Assembly (NCBI GenBank): GCA_964016885.1
Contig: OZ024741.1
Location: forward strand, 306,032,001-306,096,000
Reading direction: 5' to 3'
Length of the DNA: 64,000 nt
Source of the DNA: Eledone cirrhosa
Taxonomy: Eukaryota
Shown: positions 63,464 to 64,000 of the stretch, piece after piece
How positions within the stretch are numbered: position 1 is the first letter of the stretch
Layout of the letters: every line of letters starts with the position of its first letter
Position numbers and translations under genes: made by a program
The notes under the pieces: generated by a model
What the model was told of the DNA's origin: nothing
The model's database searches: none
What the model saw: only the letters and a program-made list of their open reading frames with translations

Positions 63464-64000
63464 TACGACACTCTACAATCCCAAGTATTGAGTACTTTGT
63501 TGAATAATGGTCTAACTAGTTTAATACTAGTTTAATTCTGATATATATATATATATATATGACAAAAAAAACACACAGTCCATGCTGTAATGTGGCCGTA
63601 TAGGTAACACGGTAAAAGCCTCCCAGTCCACACTGTAAATGTGGTTGGTGTTAAGAAGGGCATCCAGCCATAGAAAACCTGCTAGACAGTCCTATACGAG
63701 CAAGACACGGTCACCCGACCAATCTTGTCTCAAGTGGGACAATTCCCATCTAACCCATGCTAGCATGGAAGATAAACGTTAAATGATGATGATGATATAT
63801 ATATATAAGCATCGACATCATTTAACATCTGTTTTCTCTGGTAGCAAGGGCTAGTGTCTCTCTGTGGATGTATGCCTTTGTGTTTGTGTATACTTTAATG
63901 CATAATTATGTAAACTTGTTCAATCAGGTATCCCACCTGTCATACTTACTGTGGTTTCTATTGTCATCTTTTTCCTTCACACACCATCCTCTATTTGGAA

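Overview
AT-rich, repeat-dense animal genomic DNA. The SINE/RTE/CR1/Helitron mix and microsatellite load suggest an octopod cephalopod (inference). Two host genes lie head-to-head. (1) A minus-strand spliced gene that the ORF track misses, assembled here from six GT-AG coding exons with matching phases (48249-48201, 11526-11390, 8053-7948, 6888-6794, 5182-5086, 2933-2835; no stop reached, so it probably continues past the window start). It encodes a 3-hydroxyacyl-CoA-dehydrogenase-type NAD-binding domain whose catalytic His is replaced by Arg. (2) A full-length TBC1D19 with an intronless CDS (50242-51807), with RFX X-box-like motifs in the shared upstream region. The introns contain R4/Dong-like, RTE (with an inserted PHD finger) and CR1 LINEs; CORE- and Meta-type tRNA SINEs; and hAT, piggyBac-type and Tc1/mariner-type MITEs. 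They also hold a ~7.3-kb decayed Helitron carrying two mini-Helitrons and a 19x27-bp array of NRF-1-like palindromes, and several hammerhead ribozyme motifs: one with an intact core and two long foldbacks built from inverted, reciprocally mutated hammerheads.
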